DNA of 64,000 nucleotides from the NCBI RefSeq assembly GCF_009914755.1, contig NC_060947.1; one strand, written 5' to 3'. Made by a program: the position numbers and the translations under genes. Source of the stretch: the human T2T-CHM13v2.0 reference genome, Homo sapiens. Below, piece after piece: positions 53,174 through 64,000 of this stretch (position 1 is the stretch's first letter; every line of letters begins with the position of its first letter). Under the pieces are notes generated by a model. It did no database searches, was not told the origin of the DNA, and was given only the letters and a program-made list of their open reading frames with translations.

Positions 53174-56100
53174 CTCTATGCAATTTTATCACATGTGTAG
53201 CCTTGGGTAACTATCACCACAATCAAGATACTGAACTGTACCGTAGGCACAAAACTCTCTCCTGCTATCCTTCTATAGCCACATCTACTCCTTCTGCCCC
53301 CTCCCATCCCTAATCCCTGGCAACCACAAATCTATTCTCCTTTTCTATAATTTGTTAATTCACAATGATTACATAAATGAAATCATTCAGTCTGTACCCT
53401 TTCGAGGTTGGCTTTTTACACTCAGCATAATTCCCTTTGGGTTCATCAAAGTTGTGTTGCTGAGTAGTATTCCATGATAAGAATGTGCCATGGTTTTTAT
53501 AGCCTATGGGTAGTCTCCAGTATTTGGCTATCATAAATAAAGCTGCTATGAATATTTGTGTGTACATTTCTGCATGAAAATAAGTTCTCATTTCTCTGGA
53601 ATATATGCCCAAGAGTGTAATTGCTGGGTCATATGGTACATCCATGTTTAATGTTAACAAAAAAACTGGCAAACTATTTTTGAAAGTGACTGTATCATTT
53701 TACATTTCCACCAGCAATTTATTTTTTTAACTTTTATTTTAGGTTCAGGGGTACATGTGCAGGTTTGTTATATAAGTAAGCTCATTTCACAGGGGTTTGT
53801 TGTACAGACTATTTCGTCACCCAGGTATTAAGCCCAGTACTCAACAGTTACTTTTTTCTGATCCTCTCCCTCCTCTCACCCTCCACCCTCAAGTACGCCC
53901 CAATGTTTGTTGTTCCCCTCTTTTTGTCCATGAGTTCTCATCATTTAGCTCCCACTTATAAGTGAGAACATGCAGTATTTGGTTTTCTGTTCCTGCATTA
54001 GTTTGTTAAGGATAATGGTCTCCAGCTCCATCCATGTTCCTGCAAAAAACATGATCTCATTCTTTTGTATGGCTGCATAGTATTCCATGGTATGTATGTG
54101 CTACATTTTCTTTATCCAATCTGTCATTGATGGGCATTTAGGTTGATTCTATGTCTTTGCTATTGTGAATAGTGCTGCAATGAACATTCACATGCATGTG
54201 TCTTTATGGTAGAATGATTTATATTCCTTTGGGTATATACTCAGTAATGGGATTGCTGGGTCAAATGGTAGCTCTGTTCTTAGCTCTTTGAGGAATTGCC
54301 ACACTGCTTCCCACAATGGTTGAAGTAATTTACACTGCCACCAAAAATGTATAAGTGTTCCCTTTTCTCCACAACCTCACCAACATCTGTAATTTTTTTA
54401 CTTTTTAATAGCCATTCTGACTGATGTGAGATGGTATCTCGTTGTGGTTTTGATTTGCATTTCTCCAATTATTAGCAATGTTGAGCATTTTTCTCATATG
54501 CTTGTAGGTTGCGTGTATGTCTTTTGAAAAGTGTCTGTTCATATCCTTTGCCCACTTTTTTTTTTTTTTTTTTTTTGTAAATCTGTTTAAGCTCCTTGTA
54601 GATGCCGGATATTAGACCTTTGTCAGATGCATAGTTTGCAAATATTTTTCCCATTCTGTAGGTTGTCTGTTTACTCTGTTGATAGTTTCTTTTGTTGTGA
54701 AGAAGCTCTTAAGTTTAATTAGATCCCGTTTGTCAAATCTTGCTTTTGTTGCAATTGTGTTTGGCGTCTTCATCATGAAATCTTTGCCAAGTTGTATGTC
54801 CAGAATGGTATTGCCTAGTTTGTCTTCCAGGGATTTTATAGTTTTGGGTTTTACATTCAAGTCTTTAATCCATCTTGAGTTAATTTTTGTATATGGTGTA
54901 AGGAAGGGGTCCAGTTTCAATCTTCTGCATATAACTAGCCAGTTATCCCAGCATCACTTATTTAATAGGAAGTCTTTTCCCTATTGCTTGTTTTTGTCAG
55001 CTTTGTAGAAAATCAGATGGTTATAGGTGTGCAACCTTATTCCTAGGCTCTCTATTCTGTTCCGTTGGTCTATGTGTCTGTTTTTGTACCTGTACTGTGC
55101 TGTTTTGGTTACTGTAGCCCTTTAGTAAAATTTGAAGTCGAGTAACGTGATGTCTCCAGCTTTGTTCTTTTTACTTAGGATTGCCTTGGCTATTCGGGCT
55201 CCTTTTTGGCTCAATATGGATTTTTACATAGTTTTTTCTAGTTCTATGAATAATGTCATTGGTACTTTGATAGGAACAGTGTTGAATCTCTAAATTTCTT
55301 TGGGCAGTGTGGTCATTTTAATGATATTGATTCTTCCCATCCATGAGCATGGGATGTTTTTCCATGTGTTTGTGTCATCTCTGATTTCTTTGACAAGTGT
55401 GTTGTAATTGTCCTTGTAAAGGTTTTTCACCTCCTTGGTTAGCTGTATTCTTAGGTATTTTATTCCTTTTATGGCAATGGTGAATGGAATTGCGTTCCTG
55501 ATTTGGCTCTTGGCTTGGCTGTTGTTGGTGTATAGGAATGCTAGTGGTTTTTCTAGATTGATTTTGTATCTTGAGAGTTTGCTGAAGTTGTTTATCAGCT
55601 GAAGGAGTTTTGGGGCCAAGACTATGGGGTTTTCTAGATATAGAATCATGTTGTCTGCAAACAGGATGGTCTGACTTCCTCTCTTCCTATTTGGATGTCC
55701 TTTATTTCTTTCTCTTGCCTGATTGCTCTGGCCAGGACTTCCAGTACTATGTTGAATAGGAGTTCCACCAACAATTTATAAGTGATACAGTTCCTCTACA
55801 TCCTCTGTAGCATTTGGTGTTGTCATTACTTTTTTATTTTGGCCATTCTAATAGGTGTATGGTGACATCTCATTGTGGTCTTAATTTGTATTTCTCTAAT
55901 GGCTAATGATGTGGAACATCTTTGCATTTTTTGCTTATTTGCTATTGTATATCTTCTTGGATGAAATGTCTCTGTGTGCCTTTTGTCTCTTTTTTAATTA
56001 GATTTTTTGTTTTTTAAATGTTGAGTTTTTAGAGTTATTTATAGAGTCCAGATACAAGTCCTTTGTTGGATATGTGACTTGAAAATATTTTCTCCTAATC

Positions 56101-56215
56101 TGCAATTTGTCTTTTTATCCTCTTAAGAAGTTCTTTTACAGAGTAAAAGTTGTAAATTTTGATGAGGTATAATTGATCAATTCTTACTGTTCTGGCTCAT
56201 GCTTTTGATAGCATA
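52945..56215 (-). mobile_element. L1MC-like 3' region split by a younger L1 insertion; contains (TG)n at 53139-53171
   Basis: ccctggcaaccacaaatctattctcc; the host sequence resumes after the duplicated ttccacca(g/a)caatttat. Confidence 0.83.
53723..55762 (-). mobile_element. 5'-truncated L1PA (about L1PA13-16), ORF2 C-terminal part and 3' UTR
   Basis: ORFs [24 protein letters not shown] and [23 protein letters not shown]; 17-bp TSD at 53706-53722 and 55763-55779. Confidence 0.93.
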
Positions 56216-56296
56216 TTGTTATATATTGCCTTTGGAGAAACGTTCTTCATGAAATTCTTTCTGCTGTCTTTCATGCTTTTGGAGGCTTTTACATTT

Positions 56297-56365
56297 ATGT
56301 GCATACATGTGTGTATATGTATATGTGCATGTGTACGTGCATGCATGTGTGCATGTGCATGTACG
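56297..56365. repeat. Alternating purine-pyrimidine low-complexity tract
   Basis: atgtgcatacatgtgtgtatatgtatatgtgcatgtgtacgtgcatgcatg. Confidence 0.85.
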
Positions 56366-56744
56366 CTGACTGGTCTAACTAGAAAAGCTTGAGCTTATTG
56401 CTCATGCATAAATGCTAATGCATATGTACTACGATGGAATTCATAGAACCATAGCTCCTAGAGCTGAATATAATACTGTAAAAGATATTATCTAGTGAGG
56501 GTTTATTTACCATGCCTGATGTGCATGGGGAGGAAATAGCTCATAAAATTACAATTCCTCTTCAAATTATACTGCTCCATTTATAAAAATTAAATAGGGA
56601 AGCATGACTATTGTGTGTGTATATATATAATATATATATATTTATATTTATATAAATCTGTCTTGATTTATATAAATGTCTTGAAAAGTATGTGGTCATA
56701 CATAAGTCAAAAATCTAAAATTCGTTAATGTCTACGAGAAGTAG

Positions 56745-56843
56745 TATGTGTGTGTGTATGTATATATATATATATATTATATATATATATAATATATATA
56801 TATTATATATATATATAATATATATATATTATATATATATATA

Positions 56844-56872
<29 letters not shown>
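56745..56872. repeat. (TA)n array with 26-bp higher-order period
   Basis: TT interruptions at 56777, 56803 and 56829, alternating with AA interruptions. Confidence 0.93.
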
Positions 56873-56875
<3 letters not shown>

Positions 56876-59439
56876 ACAGAAGTTGAGATCCAAGGCCACT
56901 GTACAACAAATGCATGACACACCTACTTAATAAGGAACCAACATGAATCAAAATTCAGTAAACTGGAACTCACTGCAGAGCACTGGTTTTAGGTGTTTCA
57001 TACAAAGACAATCAGATTCTATGAGCTTACATTGTCAAACACTGACTAGTTATCATTATCCGCCAACTCTCAAAACCCAACTTGGCTTAAGGTAGGGCTA
57101 GATTTCTGACACTTTCCCTTGGGTTGTACCAATATTTAACCAATTTCTGTTATTTGCAGGATAATCCTTTGTGTTCAGGGCAGAGTCCAAGTGACTTGCT
57201 TGGATTTCCAGTGAGAAATTCTCTTGGGAAGGAGGGGGAGCAGTAACTCAGATCTTCTGTATTCTTTTCGGAAATCTTTCAGGACATAAATGTTGCTTTT
57301 CAATTATTTTTTTTAAAAAAGGAGCGACTTAAAGGTGACATAAAAATAGCAAGTACTGAACAAACTACCCCCACCCCAGTCAACCTCCAGATAAATGTGG
57401 TGGACAGTTTATTTGGGACCCTTAAGCAAAAACATCTGTAAAGATCCTTTGACCCTTTGTTAAATGTAAAATAAATGGATCTCCAGCCACCTGGACAACT
57501 CAAATGCAAGAGCTATTTGTGTGGTATTTCTAAACATCGAAAGAGAAATTAGGCATCTGGCAGAGGTTACATCCATTTTTTGGGTGGGAATACTTTTAAC
57601 CTTTTATTAAAGCTCCTTTCTCTTTTTTTTTTCCATCTCATACCCAGTACTTCCATCTTGCAGGCTCTGGCCCCAATACCATTTCCTGGATCCCAAATGG
57701 CTGATCTGAAATAGGGCTATTTGATCTTCTGGGAGCTCCCCAGATAGTTCTGATTTATTTATTTATTCATTCATTTTTTGTGATCAGCCCAGTCTGCTTA
57801 GGGACATCTGGGGGTGGGAAGTGCTTTCTAAACAAATTACTCTATTAATTATCCGAGAATGCCCCTCACAGGACTTGACTAAAAGACATAATGCTAGACT
57901 CCTACACAGAAACACTAACTCATACTAGTAGGAAGAGAAACACACATACATCAGCAGGGGCAAATCCATATGAGTGTGCATAAGTATACACACAGCCACA
58001 AATGGACTCAATAATGCATGGAGGGCGTGAGGTAGGGAGTGGTGAGCTTCAAAATAGATTCTCTTGTTCTTCCGAGAGTCTGTAAAGTCTGCATAGCTAT
58101 CAGGAGCTCACAATGAGCACTGGATGACCAGTATCCCTTAATAGTGGTGACTCAGAAGATCAGATGCCTACTATGAGTCACAGTTGAAGGTGTCCCAACA
58201 GTGAACCAGGTTAAGGGCTTCTATCTGCTTTCTGACCTAGAACTCCCCCTGCAGGATGCCCTAGGAATAATGGTCTTCATTGCCCCAGAGGGACTGCAGG
58301 AACCTGTGAAGCAGGGAGGAATGGGGAAGTGCCTCTGTATTCACCCTGATAAAATAATTGCCAGGATATTAGAATGAATTGAGTGGCATCTTTTCCTGTG
58401 GTGAGTATTGGGGCCTTTTATCCCAGAGCAGGGGCAGGGTAAAGTAGAAGTCATTGTTGTCAGCTTACAGCCTCAACAGCCTGCCCACACTAGCTTGCAC
58501 ACATCAGTTTCCTTCTTTGTTGAGATCACCACTACATTGCAGGAAGATCAAGCTCTGGAATGACAGTTGTATGCTAAACCACATGGTGACACCCCAAAGC
58601 AAGAACCATGTGCCCTTTAGGGTGGCAGCCCAGGGAGTAGTCAGAGGGGAGATAGCGGAAGTAACAGCATTTGAGATATTACCCATTTGGAGCCTCATCT
58701 CCTCCCTCACTCCTCCTGTTTTTCCCCTCCTTAAGTGGAACCTGGGAAAGATCCACCCAAAGGTGATGAAATATTCAAATACCTCATCAATAGCCATCCC
58801 ACAGAGGAAGTGTCTGCTGTAGTAGAAGCCTTGGTTGAAACATCTAAGACAACGTTCAATGGTATTGGGACTAGAAGACACTGAGGAGAGACAAGGCGGA
58901 CTAATTTATTGTTTATTTTTCCTCCCTCTGCGCAGAGATAGAAGCCACATGCCAGAGAACAGAAACCCTAAGCTGCCTCTGAGGAAATAATGTAATGGGT
59001 CATACAAAGACTCTAGTGATCAGCCTCCCTAGAGAGAAAAGGCAATGATGAAGCACAGTGGCTTCAAGAGCTGAGCCGGCTCACAACCACTCCTGTGCTA
59101 CTGTTTACACCACTAGTACCACGACCTTGCTCAGACACGCATGGGGTATAGAGGGCCCCAATAGCACCTACGACTGAGTTGAAGCTTTCTTGACTGACTT
59201 CTCCAGCTACAGTACTTTAACTTTTCCCACGAAAGTCCCCCTGGCAACTGAGAGTCAATCCCTCGAATTGACTTTAGCCTAGAAAGGATGACTAACTGTA
59301 TGTGGCGTTTTTTAAATATTTTCTTTCTTCTAAATCATAGAAAATGTGTAGATTAGCCTTCTGCGAGATGGACTTGAGAAACAAGGCACACATTGTTGTC
59401 CTTTATGCTGAAATGTAGTACAGGTGAGAGTGATGACTA

Positions 59440-60470
59440 GTCATGTATACACATGGCTGCAAATAATTGTGGTCACTATCTTCCATGCTCTACACACAAA
59501 CCCTATCCTTGAGGCCAGCCTTATCCACTACTCACACTAGATATTTTTCATACTTTTGCAACTAAGATTCATATTTGGCTCCATATGCAAAAAGACATTC
59601 TGTTTCTGAGAGTTCCTGACTAGAACGGTCTGCACATACATTCTCATTTGCTGGAAGTCCAAGGCCAAGCCATGCTGTATTTCAGTGTGTTCCAGAAAGC
59701 TTTTCTTCATCCTCTAGGCTTCTGATTACTTGACCACATCATACACTGGCTGTTTAGTTTCCAACTGCCATTTATAAAACACAGAGCACCAACTCAGATG
59801 AGTGGAACTGTGATGGGAACTTGGATGTTGCTGCCCTGCCTTTTTTATCTGGCTGACCTTGTTCCGTTGGTGGGCTTCAAGTGGCAGCTTTCCACTGTAT
59901 ACAGAACTTGATCCTGTTGCAGGATGACACATAAGCTAGGTTTGCCTCACACTTCCCAGAAGGTCAGTGCTGTCTCTTCACAACCATTTATAATCATTTG
60001 TCTGTCTTCTAAGGTGTATGCTTAGCAAACACAGCCATTTGACCACAGCAGTGTATACATGACTATCCCTGGCATTCATGTTATTTTTAGACTACTGAGT
60101 CAAAGTTCTTCCCAGAGGACAAGAGGCATGCTCTGCCATGAGCCTCCTCTATGAAATCTCAAGGCTACTTGAGACCATGGATTAAATACCTAAATCTGTC
60201 TTCATTTCACCTAGAGATGGAGAGTTGACTATAGAAGATATCATCAACTGTGAGGAGCCTTAGGATCTTGGAGACCTTGTCAGGGTAGCCAAACTTGATA
60301 TCAGAGCTCAGGTCTCTTAATAGTAGCAGATGTTGCAATGTCAATGCATAAACAGAATAGCCTTGTTCCCTCCAATTCGTCTTATGGATATAAATCCATG
60401 CATCAGAAATTGTGTCTGCCATGTTTGTTATGCTGCAATCTCAAGTTACAAGGCCATCCTAGGAAAATAT
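59440..60470 (-). mobile_element. Ancient RTE-clade LINE remnant (L4 or MamRTE1-like)
   Basis: Collinear degenerate peptides: MADTISDA..WREQ, KFGYPDKVSKILRLL, HLSW..KQPVY, KAFWNTLKYSM, ENVCADRSS, FVCR..CSHVYT*. Confidence 0.62.
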
Positions 60471-63459
60471 AGTTGTCAGTGTTCTCAGATTCAGAACAAC
60501 TCTAATCAAGAGGGGTGGCAGGGAGGAAGGCAACACAAAATAGTTTTCTTCTCTAAGTGAAAAAATAAAAAAATGGGGCTTTGAAATTTAATGGCACTTC
60601 TCTAGTCCTCTATGAATGGGAAAAAAACTCTATGTAGATATTGAATTAATGCCTCTATCTACTTGAAAAATCTACCTAGGAGAGACTCCAAGTGAAAAGA
60701 GCTTCTTTCAGGACTTAAGTTTCTCCAGCAATTTCTTCAGCAGTTGGAATAAAGTTAATACAAAACTTTGTGAACTCTCATACATTGATCATGAAAGGTC
60801 ACCATTCTTTGCTGAAGGAAGTTCATCATTTTCCAGAATGATGAAAGTTCATCGTCATCCTCAATGATTGAAGGCAGGTCACCCAAGTGTTACTAATATT
60901 CTTGCTAGAGACAAGTGTAAATGAAATTGATGCCAATTCTATGCACACTGGAAATTATATATTTATATACAATTTATATGTAGAATATATATATGAGATA
61001 GTGATTAGTCAGATATTGTTAGCTCAGATGTCGGGAAAGATTAAAATAATCATTGACTGAAAACTCAGGAAATCCTACAATTACTAATATCAATGAAGTA
61101 TCTACCACTTTTCTATGAAAAATTATGGCAACAGGCAAGAACTTACTATGAAAAAAGTCAGAGAGGTACATGCTAAGTACTCAGAAATACTTGTTGAATT
61201 GAATTGTGGATCTTTCTCTTAACATTCCCCTTTAACCAGAAGAGAAGGAAACAGCAGTAATTAAAGGGGATATATGACTCTGATGTTAAGATGCATTGTT
61301 AAGATAGCCATCCTTGTTGTTCTGACTTTTTCCTTATTCTGCATAGGGCACTCATCCTTTTGAAAGGAAAACGGACCAGAGGTCATGAGCAAGTATAGCA
61401 TTTGCTTGAAACAAAATCAGTGTTCTCCACATTGTAGGGGCTACCATAGTTTTAAAGAATCAGTTAGGCACAAGGCACTGAACTAAGAACTTGATATGTC
61501 ATTTGATCCTTAGAAAAACCTTACAAGGTGGGAATTATTAGACTGATATCATAAATAAGGAAAATGAGACGCAGAAAGGTGAGTGAGGGTCTTTGCCCAA
61601 GGTCACAGAGCTAGGAAATGACAGAGCTGGGATTGCAACCCAAATGCGTCTGACTCTGAAGCCCGCTATATTGCACTGCAACTCTCTCATTTACCCTCAC
61701 ACCGTACTTTCTGTAGGTAGAAGCAAATCTTAACTCCATTTTATAGACAAGGACATTAAGGCATAGGACAGAGAAGTATTATTCCAAAGAGTCTAAAACA
61801 TTTCTTCTTTCATATAATCTAGGCTCCAAAGCGGGGAAGTGAAGTAAAGAAATCGCCTTCTTCACTAGGCTTCTACCTTAGAAAAATCTCTACCCAGCAA
61901 TCAGTCTTAGTGACATAATGCTCAACAAGAGGCAGTGTACAAAATAATCCAACTTGCTGTGACAACACCACATTGTGGCAGAGATGGAAGCACAGCACAG
62001 TCCTGAGATGCACTTGTTAAAAAACAGTAGTAAGCAGGCAGAAATCTGGGCTCTAACCCTGTCCCCATGCTCTTTACTGTTTTTTAGTGAATGAATTCCA
62101 CCATGTATTGGTGTCACATTCATTTTAAAGCTATGCAAAGTGCTTTACAGAATTCATAAGGCTTTAAAATACCTTTGAGCCTAGAATTTTAAAGTGCTTC
62201 CCAGATATTCTATGGTGGGAAATATGCTTGTTTGCAAATGGATAAATAAGAAGTGAGAGGTTAAAAGATTTATCTCAAATCACAAAGGCACAGCTAGGAA
62301 TAGAGTCAGCCTGTTAAATCTCAATTCTGGGCCCAAAGCACTAGACTGGTGTGTTTTTAATCTCTTAGGAATTGTAGAACCTTTTGAGAATTCTGATCTC
62401 AGGAAGTCTCAAACAGTTTAAATGATGAATCATCATTATAAGCATTTTAAAAGTTTTAAGCCTTTTAAAAAATCAATCATTACAACCACCTTAAAATGGT
62501 ATCTCATCTTAAGTCTGGATTTGTTTAGCCCTAAAGAAAGTAATTAGTCCTAAAAGGCAGGCAAGTGGCCCCCATTATCCCACTTTGTTTAGAGGAACCT
62601 AGATCATTTCTAGGCTCAAAGAGGCTGCTTTGAAAACCTTGTATTAATTATCTTGAGGTGGACTAGGAAGTGGTTTTGTAGTCTGGAGCCTTGGGCCTCA
62701 GTCTTGACTCTGATCTTCAGTTAAGTTTCCTTTAGCTTTGGTTTTCTCATCTGCACAATGGGAATTAAATGAATATCGCTAATTACAGAGGATTGGGGTG
62801 AGAATACAAGGACATAGGACATGGGAAATGCATGTGTATAAGGCATTAGAGTATGATACAAAAATCAAGGGGTAGTTTAGAAAGACAACTACATTTTTTG
62901 GCTATAACATGCCTGATTGGGAAGGTCTCTGAAGGCTCATTCTGCAATATTATAAGCCTAGAGAGAAAGCCAATTAGAAGTAGTATTCCTTACATGCATG
63001 ACAAGGCCTTCCAAAAGTATGACAAACAGACATATACAGGAAACAAAACTGAGACTGAAAGATTCTCTTGAATACCAAAGACTGAATATAGATGTTCCTT
63101 CATGTAGCAACTGGCCCTGTATAAAATGCATGGGGGAATTAGCTCCCTTCTCAGACATGGACATCTCTGAAAGCCAATCAAGATCTGATGCTCTCATGGC
63201 AGAGAAAGATGGTGCATAGAAATGGGCAATCCAGAGGGGAAACGAAAGCATTGCAGACCCTCGGATGGCACCCACAAAGAATCCAGCCAGCCTGAGAAAA
63301 GGGTGAGTTGCAGAGTGGAGAGAAAATGAGACATTATCAACATCCTATGCTACCTCCTCTGACCATTTCTTTCTCCTTACTCCACTATTCACTTGTTCTC
63401 CCCCAGTTCTCTCACACCTTCAGGCTTAAAAAAAAAAAGAAAGAAAAAGAAAAAAACAG

Positions 63460-64000
63460 TTTTCCCATCTCTGTTCCTTTGCTCACACCGTTTTGCTTGC
63501 CTAGAATTCCCTTCTCATCACTCCTCTCAGCACCTCCACCCAAATAAGAAAAATTCTGGAATGTTCTTTTACTCATCACTGAACCCAAGTCTACCCCATC
63601 TTGCTAGGCCCCAATCAATTCTTATCTCCTTTAAATTTGAGTTTCTCTTGTGGCTATATTCATTTTCTATTTGAGATTACAGTTATTTGTATACTTGGTC
63701 TTATTTCCTTTACTTGACTATAATTTCCTTCCTTCAGGCAAATTACAGTTATTGGCACAGCGCTCAACACAGAGTAGGTGTTAAATGAATGATTTTAGAT
63801 TATCATTGCCTGAGGTAAGCAGGCCACCATCATCTCTCACCTTGATTTCTGCAACAGCCCAAGTAACCTTTCTGCATTCTGTATTGTTCCCTTCCAATCT
63901 ATCCTTTACACTGTCACAATATATATCTTAAAAACAGTACTTTCATTATGTTACTCTCCTACTCAAGAACATTAATTAATATCCTGCTATACATAATAAG
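63460..64000 (+). mobile_element. L2 fragments
   Basis: ctttgctcacaccgttttgcttgcctagaattccct; ggcacagcgctcaacacagagtaggtgttaaatgaatga terminus; ccaccatcatctctcaccttgatttctgcaacagcc. Confidence 0.7.

Noticed and set aside
54280-55649. ORFs with reverse-transcriptase-like sequence
   Set aside because: Fragments of a 5'-truncated, frameshifted L1 ORF2, not a functional gene.
60690-60950. Possible mariner transposase remnant (LGDLPSIIEDDDEL on the minus strand)
   Set aside because: One short weak motif with no TIRs or collinear support; it would need a profile search.
62853-63275. Cluster of four overlapping short ORFs
   Set aside because: No recognisable domain or convincing splice-site pair; consistent with chance.

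Overview
Primate (very likely human) genomic DNA, CpG-poor and repeat-rich. It holds ten consecutive minus-strand coding exons of diacylglycerol kinase kappa (DGKK, type II DGK). Spliced by hand with GT-AG sites and consistent phases, they give 1199 nt of uninterrupted frame: PH domain (33792-29837), two C1 zinc fingers (13617-10470) and the start of the catalytic domain with NSKSGD, GGDGS and LGTGNDLAR (2768-870). Exon numbers 2-11 are inferred from recalled gene structure, so 33793-64000 is taken as intron 1. The rest is Alu, L1, L2, CR1, MIR, MaLR LTR and DNA-transposon relics, including two adjacent two-LTR MaLR elements with nested insertions and an old RTE-clade LINE remnant. The most unusual signal is at 37048-38541: a candidate 30-nt in-frame micro-exon has a 43-nt antisense copy 1.3 kb downstream and also lies inside a 67-bp inverted repeat. 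Other leads are an Alu-flanked, stop-free 366-nt circle of exons 5-7, a UG-repeat-flanked poison exon candidate, and Arg at the conserved Gly of the C1b extension. All were read by eye, repeat boundaries and subfamily names are approximate, and no finding has expression support.
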